This document shows, piece after piece, positions 42,995 to 52,099 of a stretch of 64,000 bases of DNA (within the stretch, counting starts at the first letter, position 1; the number at the start of each line of letters is the position of its first letter). The notes under the pieces are model-generated. The model made no database searches, was not told the DNA's origin, and saw only the letters and a list, made by a program, of their open reading frames with translations. The translations under genes and the position numbers were made by a program. The stretch covers positions 1-64,000 of the forward strand of contig JAYGDX010000279.1 of assembly GCA_046582655.1 (NCBI GenBank), read 5' to 3'. This DNA is from Candidatus Poribacteria bacterium. GTDB taxonomy: Bacteria; Poribacteria; WGA-4E; UBA9662.

Positions 42995-43594
42995 TCAAAA
43001 AATTGGCCTGAAAATCTCGTATTCGGTGTCTTGAACCATGTGATTCCATTTCTTCCAGATATCTTGGGCGTGTTCCTTGCTTTGGCAGATATCAATAAAA
43101 GCATGTATCCATTTGTTTACGAAATCATATGCTGGTAGAATATCCCAGAAGTTTTCGAATTCTGATTCTGGCCCAAAACGTTCCAAAGCTTCTAAGTGGA
43201 CATCCTTGGTTTCAAGGGAACAAATAATATCCCATTTTTTTGTTCCTAACATCTTGTATGTGCTGATATCAGTCACAACATTAGCTGGTTCAAAGTACTG
43301 TTGGTACATAGAGAGAGCTTCTTCGCGGTGTTCTGTTATAAACGATATTCTGTACTGAATCCGCCACAATTTTTTTGATGTGCGCGTTCTTAGTTGATCT
43401 ATTGAATTGTGATCAATATGGATGCATCCTCCGTATCCTAAATCAATAAGTGCATTGATTTCGGTCAATCGGAACCTCAGTGGATCTTCAAGTTTTTGAG
43501 CGAATGCTTGACGGCTAATACCTAAATCTTCAGCTACTCTTTTCTTTTTGCTTCTCAGTTTCTCTTTTAATCCGATGTTGTCAACCCTAATCAT
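42995..43594 (-). CDS. Protein with N-terminal Cro/XRE-like HTH and uncharacterised C-terminal domain
   Basis: KKRVAEDLGISRQAFAQKL…FRLTEINAL. Confidence 0.65.
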   Translation of the reverse strand: MIRVDNIGLKEKLRSKKKRVAEDLGISRQAFAQKLEDPLRFRLTEINALIDLGYGGCIHIDHNSIDQLRTRTSKKLWRIQYRISFITEHREEALSMYQQYFEPANVVTDISTYKMLGTKKWDIICSLETKDVHLEALERFGPESEFENFWDILPAYDFVNKWIHAFIDICQSKEHAQDIWKKWNHMVQDTEYEIFRPIF

Positions 43595-44163
43595 AATATA
43601 CTTTGACCAAGCTTTCTTTGGCTAGAATTTAATGTATCTCAGCCACGTTGCGACGGTGATTGGAATCCACTGATGTTACCTTAATTGGATGTATATTGCA
43701 AGTTAATTAACATGTTTGGCATGTTGTTTAAATATAGTTTTCTATACTCACCTTAGGTGGCTTTGATATTGGCTTATGTTTAATTTTAGTCACGATATGA
43801 GAATTCATGTTTACTTGATTCTACAAATATGATATTGTAGCTCCTATGTGTATGCGGGTTTGTTTTTCCTGTTAAAAATTTTATGATAGGGAGATCGTGG
43901 ATTTATAAGATTCTTACGTGGATTGATACCATTGTATGTACTAGTCGCAGATTAAGGTTTCTCGTTCGTCGATGTTCAGGATAAGCTGTCGGTTGATTAG
44001 GGGATATAAGAGTTCCTATTTAAGTTTAGAGACAGTATCTGGTTTCAAAGTTAAAGTTAGGTAACTTCAAGGCTGCCCCGTTGAATCTGTAATCTAGGAG
44101 AAGCTTGATAAAAGGAAAGTTAATCTGTTAAATACTGCTAATTAAACTGTCTTCTTAAACCAC

Positions 44164-44196
44164 AAAATAGCCCTGGTAGACTGCCGGGGCTATTTT
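44164..44196 (+). terminator. Intrinsic terminator (possibly bidirectional) 42 nt upstream of the DUF6785 gene
   Basis: AAAATAGCCCTGGTAG-A-CTGCCGGGGCTATTTT inverted repeat with flanking A/T tracts. Confidence 0.75.
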
Positions 44197-44238
44197 ATTG
44201 AGAGATTTGGATTATTAATAAAAATCAAACTTTATGAG

Positions 44239-46167
44239 ATGAAAGAAGCGTCACGGGTTCAAACGGCCCGAATTTCGATCAAATCTATATTATTCGGTCT
44301 GTTGTTGATGCCGTTGTGCGTGTACTTGGTGGCTCTTGAGGAGATGATCTGGCACTCATTACACTGGTCATCGATGTCTCTTCCCCAAATCTCCGTTTTT
44401 TTTCTTTTTGTATTGATTATAGTTAACAAAATTGCCAGTCGGATTTTATGCAAGGAATTGTTTTCCCGCAGTGAGTTACTGATGATCTATGTGATCATCT
44501 CTACGACCTTGGCTTTTACCGCACACGACAACATGGTGTGTTTGATGGGTGTTCTTCCACATGCTACTTTCTTCGCGACTGCCGAGAACGACTGGATCAA
44601 TCTTTTTTACCAGTATCTACCGGATTGGCTGGTCATCCGTGATGACAAAACCGCCTATTATTTTTATAAAGGTGAATCGGCATTCTGGTCAACAGGTTTT
44701 TACCGATTCTGGATTAAGCCGGCCATCGCGTGGTCTTTTCTGATCAGCCTACTTTTTTTTATGCTTCTTTGCATCAGTACTATCCTGCGGAAACAGTGGA
44801 TCGAAAGCGAACGGCTTGCTTATCCTATTATTCAGATTCCTTTGGAAATGACTGATTCCACCTCTGGTTTTTTTCAGAACCGAGTTATGTGGATAGGGTT
44901 CAGCGTAGCAGGTGCTATCAGCTTGATTAACGGACTCAGCTTCATTTATCCTAATATTCCTCGATTCCCAATTAAAGAAGCAAATTATGATCTATCTAAT
45001 TATTTCACGCATGCGCCTTGGAATTCGCTCGGAACCATGCCGCTTCGGTTTTATCCTTTTTTAATTGGTCTTTCCTTTTTGATACCATTGGATCTTACCT
45101 TCTCAACATGGTTTTTCTATCTGTTCCGAAAATTGGAGAGGCTGATAGGCGCTACGATGGGGTGGAACATTCCCAAATATCCATTCTTTGGTGAACAAGC
45201 GACGGGAGCGATGATAGGTCTTTGCTTAACTGCTATCTACTTGGGACGATGGCACTTGGTAGAAGTTTTTAGGAAAGTGATTGGTCTTGATTCTACGCTT
45301 GATGACAAAGATGAACCAATGGGCTATCGAACTGCGGTGTTATCTTTTCTCGGCGGGATGGTTGTTCTGATGATTTTCTGTGGCCATCTGGGAATGTCTC
45401 AATGGTTGGTACCATTATTCTTTGGGCTCTATTTTGTCATTGCTATTGCTATGACACGAATGCGGGCTGAGGTTGGACCTCCATTGCACGCAATTGTCTT
45501 GGTGAATCCGCAAATTATTTTGGTTACGGGGCTTGGTACTCGTAAACTGGGTACCGCAAATTTAACCATGTTTTCGCTTTTTTACTGGTTTAATCGATTA
45601 AACCGAAGCCATCCAATGCCTCATCAGTTGGAAGCGTTCAAAATCGCCGAACGAACGGGGGCCAATACCAGTCGCCTATTCTGGGCTATGATGTTGGCTC
45701 TGGTTGTTGGCGTGTTATTGACATTCTGGATATTTCCGTACACACTTTATAGATACGGAGCGACAACCGCTGGGGAATTGTTGGGTGCAGGTTCGCAAGC
45801 ATATAGCAGCTTAAGCGGTTGGTTACAACATCCAAACCCTCCGGATTATGTCAGTAGTAGTGTGATTGGTGTGTCATTCCTCTTTTCAATAGGAATGATG
45901 TGGATGCGAATGCGGTTTTTGCGGTTTCCGTTTCATCCTGCTGGATATGTTCTCGGTGTCAGTTCCGGTACCATCGACGTTTATTGGTTTGCCCTTTTCG
46001 TTTGTTGGTTAGCAAAACTTCTGATTCTTCGACATGGTGGTGTTAGATCTTACCGTAAAGTCTTGCCATTCTTTATGGGATTGGTACTGGGGGATTTTGT
46101 TGTGGGCTGTTATTGGGGATTGCTCAGTATTGTTATTGGTGTACCACTGTATACGACTTGGTTTTAG
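44239..46167 (+). CDS. DUF6785/DUF6784-type polytopic membrane protein (putative OPT-like transporter)
   Basis: RKQWIESERLAYPIIQIP, TRMRAEVG, PMPHQLEAFK, FPFHPAGY, RHGG…Y…LPFFMGLVLGD. Confidence 0.75.
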   Translation: MKEASRVQTARISIKSILFGLLLMPLCVYLVALEEMIWHSLHWSSMSLPQISVFFLFVLIIVNKIASRILCKELFSRSELLMIYVIISTTLAFTAHDNMVCLMGVLPHATFFATAENDWINLFYQYLPDWLVIRDDKTAYYFYKGESAFWSTGFYRFWIKPAIAWSFLISLLFFMLLCISTILRKQWIESERLAYPIIQIPLEMTDSTSGFFQNRVMWIGFSVAGAISLINGLSFIYPNIPRFPIKEANYDLSNYFTHAPWNSLGTMPLRFYPFLIGLSFLIPLDLTFSTWFFYLFRKLERLIGATMGWNIPKYPFFGEQATGAMIGLCLTAIYLGRWHLVEVFRKVIGLDSTLDDKDEPMGYRTAVLSFLGGMVVLMIFCGHLGMSQWLVPLFFGLYFVIAIAMTRMRAEVGPPLHAIVLVNPQIILVTGLGTRKLGTANLTMFSLFYWFNRLNRSHPMPHQLEAFKIAERTGANTSRLFWAMMLALVVGVLLTFWIFPYTLYRYGATTAGELLGAGSQAYSSLSGWLQHPNPPDYVSSSVIGVSFLFSIGMMWMRMRFLRFPFHPAGYVLGVSSGTIDVYWFALFVCWLAKLLILRHGGVRSYRKVLPFFMGLVLGDFVVGCYWGLLSIVIGVPLYTTWF

Positions 46168-46187
46168 CTGGGGACTCAACCGAAAAG

Positions 46188-47882
46188 TTAGGTAATACGG
46201 TCAAAATAGGGTTTTAGATCGAGTTGATTCAATCCTACAAGTTGACGGTCTTTTTCTCTGCGAAGTTTTACCTCAACGGCATTTTCCTGAAGTGTACGGT
46301 TGCTGATAGCAATTCGAACTGGTAAACCGATCAAGTCTGCTTCCTTAAATTTAAAGCCGGCACTTTCGTTCCGGTCGTCGTAAAGTACCTCATATCCGTT
46401 GTTTTGCAGGTTCTTATATAGAGTTTCTGCCGTTTCGATTACTTGATTGTCTTTGCCTATTGGCATTAGATGAATCTGGTATGGACAGATTGAGACCGGA
46501 AAGATTATTCCGTCTTTATCATGGTTGGCTTCTATCACGCTGGCTAGTAATCGACCCACGCCAATTCCGTAGCATCCCATGACAATCGGCTTTGTTTTGC
46601 CATGTTGATCAAGATAATAGGCGCTCATGACTTCACTATATCTGGTTCCGAGCTTGAAGATATTTCCAACCTCAATACCTTTTTTAGCCGTCAACTGACC
46701 ACCGGTGAAATAGCAGGTGTCTCCGTCCTGAGCTAAGGCGATATCCGTAACAATGTCTGCCTTAAAATCACGTGGATAATTGACGTTTTTTAAATGATAT
46801 CCTGGTTTGTTGGCCCCGGCAACCAGGTTCGTGGTGCTGGCAACGGAGTCATCTATAATTACTGTTACGTTTTTAAGATTTATTGGTGATGCGTAGCCAG
46901 CCACAAGGTGATGCTGTGCGACTTCCTCTTTAGTAGCAATGCGAATTGGGGTTTTGAGAGCATTGGCCAATTTGGTCTCATTGACTTCAAAATCCCCACG
47001 GATAGCGGCAAAAATCAGGCTGTCATCCGTGACATAAAAAACTGCCTTCAGTGTCTGTTTTTTTTGAATTCCCAAAAATTGAGAAACCTCTTCAATTGTT
47101 TTTTGTTCCGGTGTTTCAATCTCTTCAATCTGAAGAGGATCCCCGTTGTCCATTCTAGGTTTTCTTTGAATGGCAACTTCAGCATTGGCCGTATACTCAC
47201 CATTTTGGCTGATGATCAGGTTATCTTCGCCTGATTCTGTGATGAGCATGAATTCGTGTGCGGCGGAACCTCCGATCATGCCGGTGTCTGATTCAACCAC
47301 CACGACCTCAATACCCGTCCGATTAAAAATGTTGAGATAGGCTTGATATATCCGTTCATAATACTGGTCAAGATCGGTTTGATCTACATGGAAGCTGTAA
47401 GCATCCTTCATCATGAATTCGCGGACACGGATTAGCCCTGCTCTCGGACGGGGTTCATCGCGGAACTTTAGCTTTATCTGGTATAGCATTAGCGGCAGTT
47501 GCCGATACGAATTAACTTGATTTCGAACCAGATCTGTGACGGCTTCCTCATGCGTCATCGCCAGAACTAGGTTTCGACCAAATCGATCTTTGAATCCCAC
47601 TAGTTCTTTGCCAACAAGTGGTTCAAGCCGACCGCTCTCAGCCCACAATTCTGCTGGATGAACTAGTGGCATATTGATCTCTTGGCCGTCGATTGCGTCC
47701 ATTTCTTGACGGATGATCTGTTCAATTTTCTGTAGCGAGCGTTGTGCCAAAGGAAGGTGGCTGTACATACCTGTGGCTAAACGACGGATCATGCCCGCTC
47801 TCAGCATGAGTTGATGGCTTGGAATCTTGGCTTCGGATGGCGTTTCCTTCAACGTTTGGGTGAAAATCCTTGACATTCTCAT
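46188..47882 (-). CDS. proS: Proline--tRNA ligase (bacterial type with INS editing domain)
   Basis: SHQLMLRAG, FRDEPRPRAGLIRVREF, GIEVGNIFKLGT, MGCYGIG. Confidence 0.98.
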   Translation of the reverse strand: MRMSRIFTQTLKETPSEAKIPSHQLMLRAGMIRRLATGMYSHLPLAQRSLQKIEQIIRQEMDAIDGQEINMPLVHPAELWAESGRLEPLVGKELVGFKDRFGRNLVLAMTHEEAVTDLVRNQVNSYRQLPLMLYQIKLKFRDEPRPRAGLIRVREFMMKDAYSFHVDQTDLDQYYERIYQAYLNIFNRTGIEVVVVESDTGMIGGSAAHEFMLITESGEDNLIISQNGEYTANAEVAIQRKPRMDNGDPLQIEEIETPEQKTIEEVSQFLGIQKKQTLKAVFYVTDDSLIFAAIRGDFEVNETKLANALKTPIRIATKEEVAQHHLVAGYASPINLKNVTVIIDDSVASTTNLVAGANKPGYHLKNVNYPRDFKADIVTDIALAQDGDTCYFTGGQLTAKKGIEVGNIFKLGTRYSEVMSAYYLDQHGKTKPIVMGCYGIGVGRLLASVIEANHDKDGIIFPVSICPYQIHLMPIGKDNQVIETAETLYKNLQNNGYEVLYDDRNESAGFKFKEADLIGLPVRIAISNRTLQENAVEVKLRREKDRQLVGLNQLDLKPYFDRIT

Positions 47883-47891
47883 GAGAATCCC

Positions 47892-48953
47892 TTAACTTGT
47901 TGTTACTGCGTCTGCTATCATGTCACCAATTTCGGAAGTGGCGTATCCCATCCTACCAGCTCCAAAATCCTTGATCTTTTGACTAGCAAGTAAGTCGATG
48001 ATCGCGTTTTCAACTAATACGGCAGCTTCGGGTTCACCGATATGGTCGAGCATCATACCAGACGCTGCAATTGCCGCAATTGGATTGATTTTATTTTCTC
48101 CAGTGTATTTGGGGGCGGAACCGTGAATGGGTTCAAACATTCCAACCTGGCCGGGATGCAAATTTCCGGAAGCAGCTATCCCCATTCCTCCTTGAATAAT
48201 CGCACCGAGGTCTGTGATGATGTCGCCGAACATATTACAGGTCACGATTACGTCAAACCATTCTGGATTCTTAACCATCCACATAGTGGTTGCGTCAACA
48301 AGGGCATGATCTTTTTCAATCTCTGGGTATTCTTCACCAACCTCATCGAAGGTCCTTTGCCACAATTCGTGCGCGTAAGTCAAAACGTTGCGTTTATCGC
48401 AAACTGTGAGTTTGTTCTCTTTGTTTCTTTTCTTGGTATACTCAAAAGCGTAACGGATACAACGTTCAACGCCTTTGCGTGTATTAATCATCTGTTGGAT
48501 TGCAACTTCGTCTGGTGTGCCGCGTTTCAGAAAACCACCTATTCCTGCATAGAGTCCTTCCGTGTTTTCTCGCACAATAACAAAGTCAATGTCTTCGGGG
48601 CCTTTGTCTTTGATCGGCGTTTCTACGCCTGGATACAGTTTTACAGGTCGCAGATTAATGTATAAGTCTAATTCGAAACGGACTTTCAGAAGAATTCCTT
48701 TTTCCAGAATACCTGGTTTTACGTCAGGGTGCCCGATAGCCCCCAGGTATATGGCATCTGCCGATCGGAATTCATCGATTGCTGAATCGGGCAAGATATC
48801 ACCAGTTTTAAGGTAGCGATCACCACCAAAATCGGTTTCAGTAAGTTGATATGTGAAACCAATTTTTTTGGAAGCAGCGTCGAAAACCTTGATCGCTTCG
48901 TTGGTCACCTCAGGTCCAATCCCGTCGCCGGGAATAGTTACAATTTGGTACAT
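47892..48953 (-). CDS. leuB: 3-isopropylmalate dehydrogenase
   Basis: [40 protein letters not shown] 48953 after GGAGG. Confidence 0.9.
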   Translation of the reverse strand: MYQIVTIPGDGIGPEVTNEAIKVFDAASKKIGFTYQLTETDFGGDRYLKTGDILPDSAIDEFRSADAIYLGAIGHPDVKPGILEKGILLKVRFELDLYINLRPVKLYPGVETPIKDKGPEDIDFVIVRENTEGLYAGIGGFLKRGTPDEVAIQQMINTRKGVERCIRYAFEYTKKRNKENKLTVCDKRNVLTYAHELWQRTFDEVGEEYPEIEKDHALVDATTMWMVKNPEWFDVIVTCNMFGDIITDLGAIIQGGMGIAASGNLHPGQVGMFEPIHGSAPKYTGENKINPIAAIAASGMMLDHIGEPEAAVLVENAIIDLLASQKIKDFGAGRMGYATSEIGDMIADAVTTS

Positions 48954-49083
48954 GCAAAACCCTCCAAAGGTTGGGGTCAAAAACCAGATTCTACCATTTA
49001 TTGTGGCGTTAGAACAAGCTTTTTATAGTTGTAAGAATTTAAGATATGATATGATAATCCATCAGAAAATCAGGAGTTAGGAA

Positions 49084-49635
49084 ATGGGGAAAAAAGTTAA
49101 TCAAACACATATTACCCTGACGCAAGGAGATATCACCCAGCAACACGTTTCGGCAATTACAAACGCTGCTAACTCAAGGCTTGCTGGCGGGGGAGGGGTC
49201 GATGGTGCTATCCATCGTGCCGGAGGACCAGCAATTATGACTGAATGCGATCAGATCCGTCAAGAGCGGGGTGGTTGTCCGACAGGACAAGCTGTTATTA
49301 CCACTGGCGGAGATCTCTACGCAGATTATGTCATCCACACGGTTGGTCCTGTTTGGGAGGGGGGTAAGTCCAGTGAACCGGAACTGCTAGCGAGTTGCTA
49401 TCGTCAGAGTTTGAAATTAGCAGTAGAAAATGGGATCAAGACGATTGCCTTTCCTTCAATTAGTACTGGTGTTTACGGCTATCCAATGGAAAAAGCTGCA
49501 GTTGTTGCTATTGAAGCAGTCACACTGTTTCTGAAAGAGAATGAAAGGTTCTCAGAGGTAAGATTCGTACTGTTTAATGCAGATGATTTAAAGCAGTACC
49601 AACGATTGTTTTTGTCAAATCAGCCAAAAATATAA
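49084..49635 (+). CDS. Macro-domain O-acetyl-ADP-ribose deacetylase (YmdB-like)
   Basis: GDIT, NAANSRLAGGGGVDGAIH, HTVGP, FPSISTGVYGYP. Confidence 0.93.
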   Translation: MGKKVNQTHITLTQGDITQQHVSAITNAANSRLAGGGGVDGAIHRAGGPAIMTECDQIRQERGGCPTGQAVITTGGDLYADYVIHTVGPVWEGGKSSEPELLASCYRQSLKLAVENGIKTIAFPSISTGVYGYPMEKAAVVAIEAVTLFLKENERFSEVRFVLFNADDLKQYQRLFLSNQPKI

Positions 49636-49667
49636 AGGCCGAAACGATGTTAGCAAATAGCTTCAGA

Positions 49668-49751
49668 TGCCGAGAAAGGGACTCGAACCCTTACGGGCAT
49701 ACGCCCACTAGATCCTGAATCTAGCTTGTCTACCAATTCCAACACCTCGGC
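49668..49751 (-). tRNA. tRNA-Leu (anticodon CAG), CCA not encoded
   Basis: Reverse complement GCCGAGGTGTTGGAATTGGTAGAC…CTAGA-TTCAGGA-TCTAG…long variable arm…GGTTCGAGTCC…CTCGGCA. Confidence 0.97.
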
Positions 49752-49765
49752 TAAAAAACACTTGG

Positions 49766-49795
49766 AGTTTATCCCAAAAACCCGAAGATTGTCAA
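49766..49795 (-). promoter_or_regulatory. sigma70 promoter of tRNA-Leu
   Basis: Minus strand TTGACA-N18-TAAACT just upstream of the tRNA. Confidence 0.65.
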
Positions 49796-49827
49796 GCCTT
49801 TTTACCTTGTTGAGCTTGAGTTTGTCG

Positions 49828-49856
49828 TTGACATTTCTGGTATTCCTTGTTATATT
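49828..49856 (+). promoter_or_regulatory. Strong sigma70 promoter (extended -10)
   Basis: TTGACA-N17-TATATT with TG at the extended -10 position, upstream of ATG 49909. Confidence 0.75.
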
Positions 49857-49908
49857 GCTTTAAGTATCAGGTTATTCGGTTTAACTGAGATTGGAGCTCA
49901 AATTAATT

Positions 49909-50733
49909 ATGGCAGAAGAAAGCAACAACGAACTCATCCCTGTTCCTGAATACGAGGTTCTTGAAAAAGTCGATGACCAAGCCATTATACAAATGATGAC
50001 TGGTCAGGCGATAAAGGATTATGTATATTCATTCAAACAGGGTGGAAAAGTTGTGGAAGGGCTTACACTAGCTGGAATTAATGAAGCGGCAAATCGTCGT
50101 GGTGGCATCGAAGTCGATTCAATCGAGTACACGGAACGAGAGCAATCTTGGCTGGCAGTAGTTAAGGCCACTGATTCTTTCACTGGATCGTCAAGGTATG
50201 GTGCCTGTGAACAGCCGAAGAATGCTGGATCCCGTCCTGATCCGTTTGCTTTTACTAAGGCAATTCATAAGGCTCAGCGTAATGCCATAAAACAGCTGTT
50301 GCCGGTTCCGGTAATTAAGGAGGTTCTTAACTACTACCTACACGGTAAATCGAGTGGGTCAACTTACGAAGTCCTTGAATCAAATGCCTCTCAAAACGAT
50401 AATGTGACAAATGCGCAAAAAGCGGCTTTTTCTGTGGCAAGCAAACTCAAACCCAGATTTGATCAGCATGCTATTAGTCAGAATGATTTTTGGAATTATG
50501 TTAAACGCTGTTATGGTGTCGAGACGCGAAACGACATGACAGAAATGCACTGGACGCAATTGTCGGCAGAATTAACTGCTGCTGACCGAACACCAGAGCT
50601 TTTTAATGAGATGCTTGATCGTATTAAGAAATTGGAAGCTGCTGTTGCTGTCAGCGAAGTTCCAGAGACACCAGATCCAGCACTGAGCGTGGAGACGGGA
50701 AATTCCGACGCGTCTACAAATACCCCTTTCTAG
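49909..50733 (+). CDS. Hypothetical protein, possible Rad52/Sak/Erf-like single-strand annealing protein
   Basis: VKATDSFTG…GA…FTKAIHKAQRNAIKQL core, linker, small helical domain, C-terminal …NTPF. Confidence 0.5.
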   Translation: MAEESNNELIPVPEYEVLEKVDDQAIIQMMTGQAIKDYVYSFKQGGKVVEGLTLAGINEAANRRGGIEVDSIEYTEREQSWLAVVKATDSFTGSSRYGACEQPKNAGSRPDPFAFTKAIHKAQRNAIKQLLPVPVIKEVLNYYLHGKSSGSTYEVLESNASQNDNVTNAQKAAFSVASKLKPRFDQHAISQNDFWNYVKRCYGVETRNDMTEMHWTQLSAELTAADRTPELFNEMLDRIKKLEAAVAVSEVPETPDPALSVETGNSDASTNTPF

Positions 50734-50781
50734 ATCATTTCCTCTCCTTCTTCCTACTCGGTGTCAACAATAAGTGCTTCA

Positions 50782-51927
50782 CTATTTTAATTCTGACAAG
50801 ACTTCAAGAAATCGTCTCACGTCGTTGCTTCCATTATAAAGGTGCGTGGAAATTCTAACACGACCGTATTCTCCCCAGCATAGTATTCCTCTTGCTGCCA
50901 GTTGGTTCTGCATTTCCTTAGCATTCGAGAGTTGAAAGCAGGTATTGCCTGAACGGGAATCATAATTCTGTGGGCTGATTACTATAAATCCCAGATCCTT
51001 TAGTCCGTCACTGACTTGCTTGGATAAAGAACGTGCATGATCAGAAATTTTTGCTGTTCCGACAGAAAGCAGGATTTCAAGAGCTTGATCCAGATGCATA
51101 ACGACCAGCATGGCAGGATTCCCTGGCTCCAATTTACCTGGCATCGGTTTTTCTGGCGCATTTGCTAGTCGTTCAGCACCTTGTTCCGGCCATACAGAGA
51201 GATTATGCCAACCGAAACAGGTGACTTTCGTTTCTGTTTCTGCCCGCTCACTAAAATAACATGGTGCTACCCCGTGTGTGGCAAGCATCCATTTGTAACT
51301 ACTACTGACTGTTAAATCCGTTAATTCTGCCGCAACTTCCACGACTCCAGAAGAGTGCGTGGCGTCGACGGCCAAGAGGGTATGGTAATCTCGGATGCCT
51401 TCCGATAATTGTTCCAGATTCAAGCATTGTCCGGTATAAAAACTAACGTGGCTTACGGCGAGTACCCTTGTTCTGTCGTCGGTGGCATTCAATAAATCTA
51501 TTTCGTTCACCATCCAGTTAGAATGGGGAATCAATCGTATATCAACGCCCTGTGATCTGAGATGTTTCCACGCATAGGCTACAGATGGAAATTCCAGGTT
51601 GGTTGTTACCACATTGTCTCCCTCTCGCCAGTCTAAACCTCGTGCTAGCCAGTTCATGCCCTCGGCCGCCGATGGCATAAAAGCTATTCGGTGTGCGGGT
51701 ACTTTCCACAGTTTTCCCATTTTCTGCCGGCATTGTTCACCTCTGGCATAAATTTTCGATCGGCCATCATACCCGGCGCTCTTCAATTGTGCAAACTCCG
51801 CGAAAACTTTTTCTTGGATTTTTAACCAGGGAGCTTCTCCCCCTGTACACAGATGTATTATCTCATCTAAATCTACGAATTCGTCTGGATGGACTAAAGG
51901 TTTTACATCTGCATCTGGGGTTTTCAT
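50782..51927 (-). CDS. Class V aminotransferase-fold PLP-dependent enzyme
   Basis: EFPS, VDATHS, SSYKW (PLP Lys), VRISTHLYN. Confidence 0.9.
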   Translation of the reverse strand: MKTPDADVKPLVHPDEFVDLDEIIHLCTGGEAPWLKIQEKVFAEFAQLKSAGYDGRSKIYARGEQCRQKMGKLWKVPAHRIAFMPSAAEGMNWLARGLDWREGDNVVTTNLEFPSVAYAWKHLRSQGVDIRLIPHSNWMVNEIDLLNATDDRTRVLAVSHVSFYTGQCLNLEQLSEGIRDYHTLLAVDATHSSGVVEVAAELTDLTVSSSYKWMLATHGVAPCYFSERAETETKVTCFGWHNLSVWPEQGAERLANAPEKPMPGKLEPGNPAMLVVMHLDQALEILLSVGTAKISDHARSLSKQVSDGLKDLGFIVISPQNYDSRSGNTCFQLSNAKEMQNQLAARGILCWGEYGRVRISTHLYNGSNDVRRFLEVLSELK

Positions 51928-52099
51928 CTTCTAGGTCCAGTTTCAAATAATCCTTTTTGTCTTTTTGCCTCGGTTTTTTTATTGAAAGATCTAAATTTGA
52001 ATTATTGGTGAAGGGTAGCCGTAGGTAGGAAAATGTGTGGGGTCAGTCGAATACTTATCTACTAACTCGGATTTATTGTCGACTCTAAACTTGTGTCAT

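Noticed and set aside
49668..50733. Prophage or integrative element at tRNA-Leu
   Set aside because: No integrase, no duplicated tRNA 3' end and no structural phage genes seen
50782..51927. Cysteine desulfurase serving the nearby MoaD
   Set aside because: No SxGSAC or RxGxHC catalytic Cys loop
52021..52062. GTAGGTAGG/CTTATCTAC stem in intergenic DNA
   Set aside because: Short, G-U dependent on the non-transcribed strand; not distinguishable from chance
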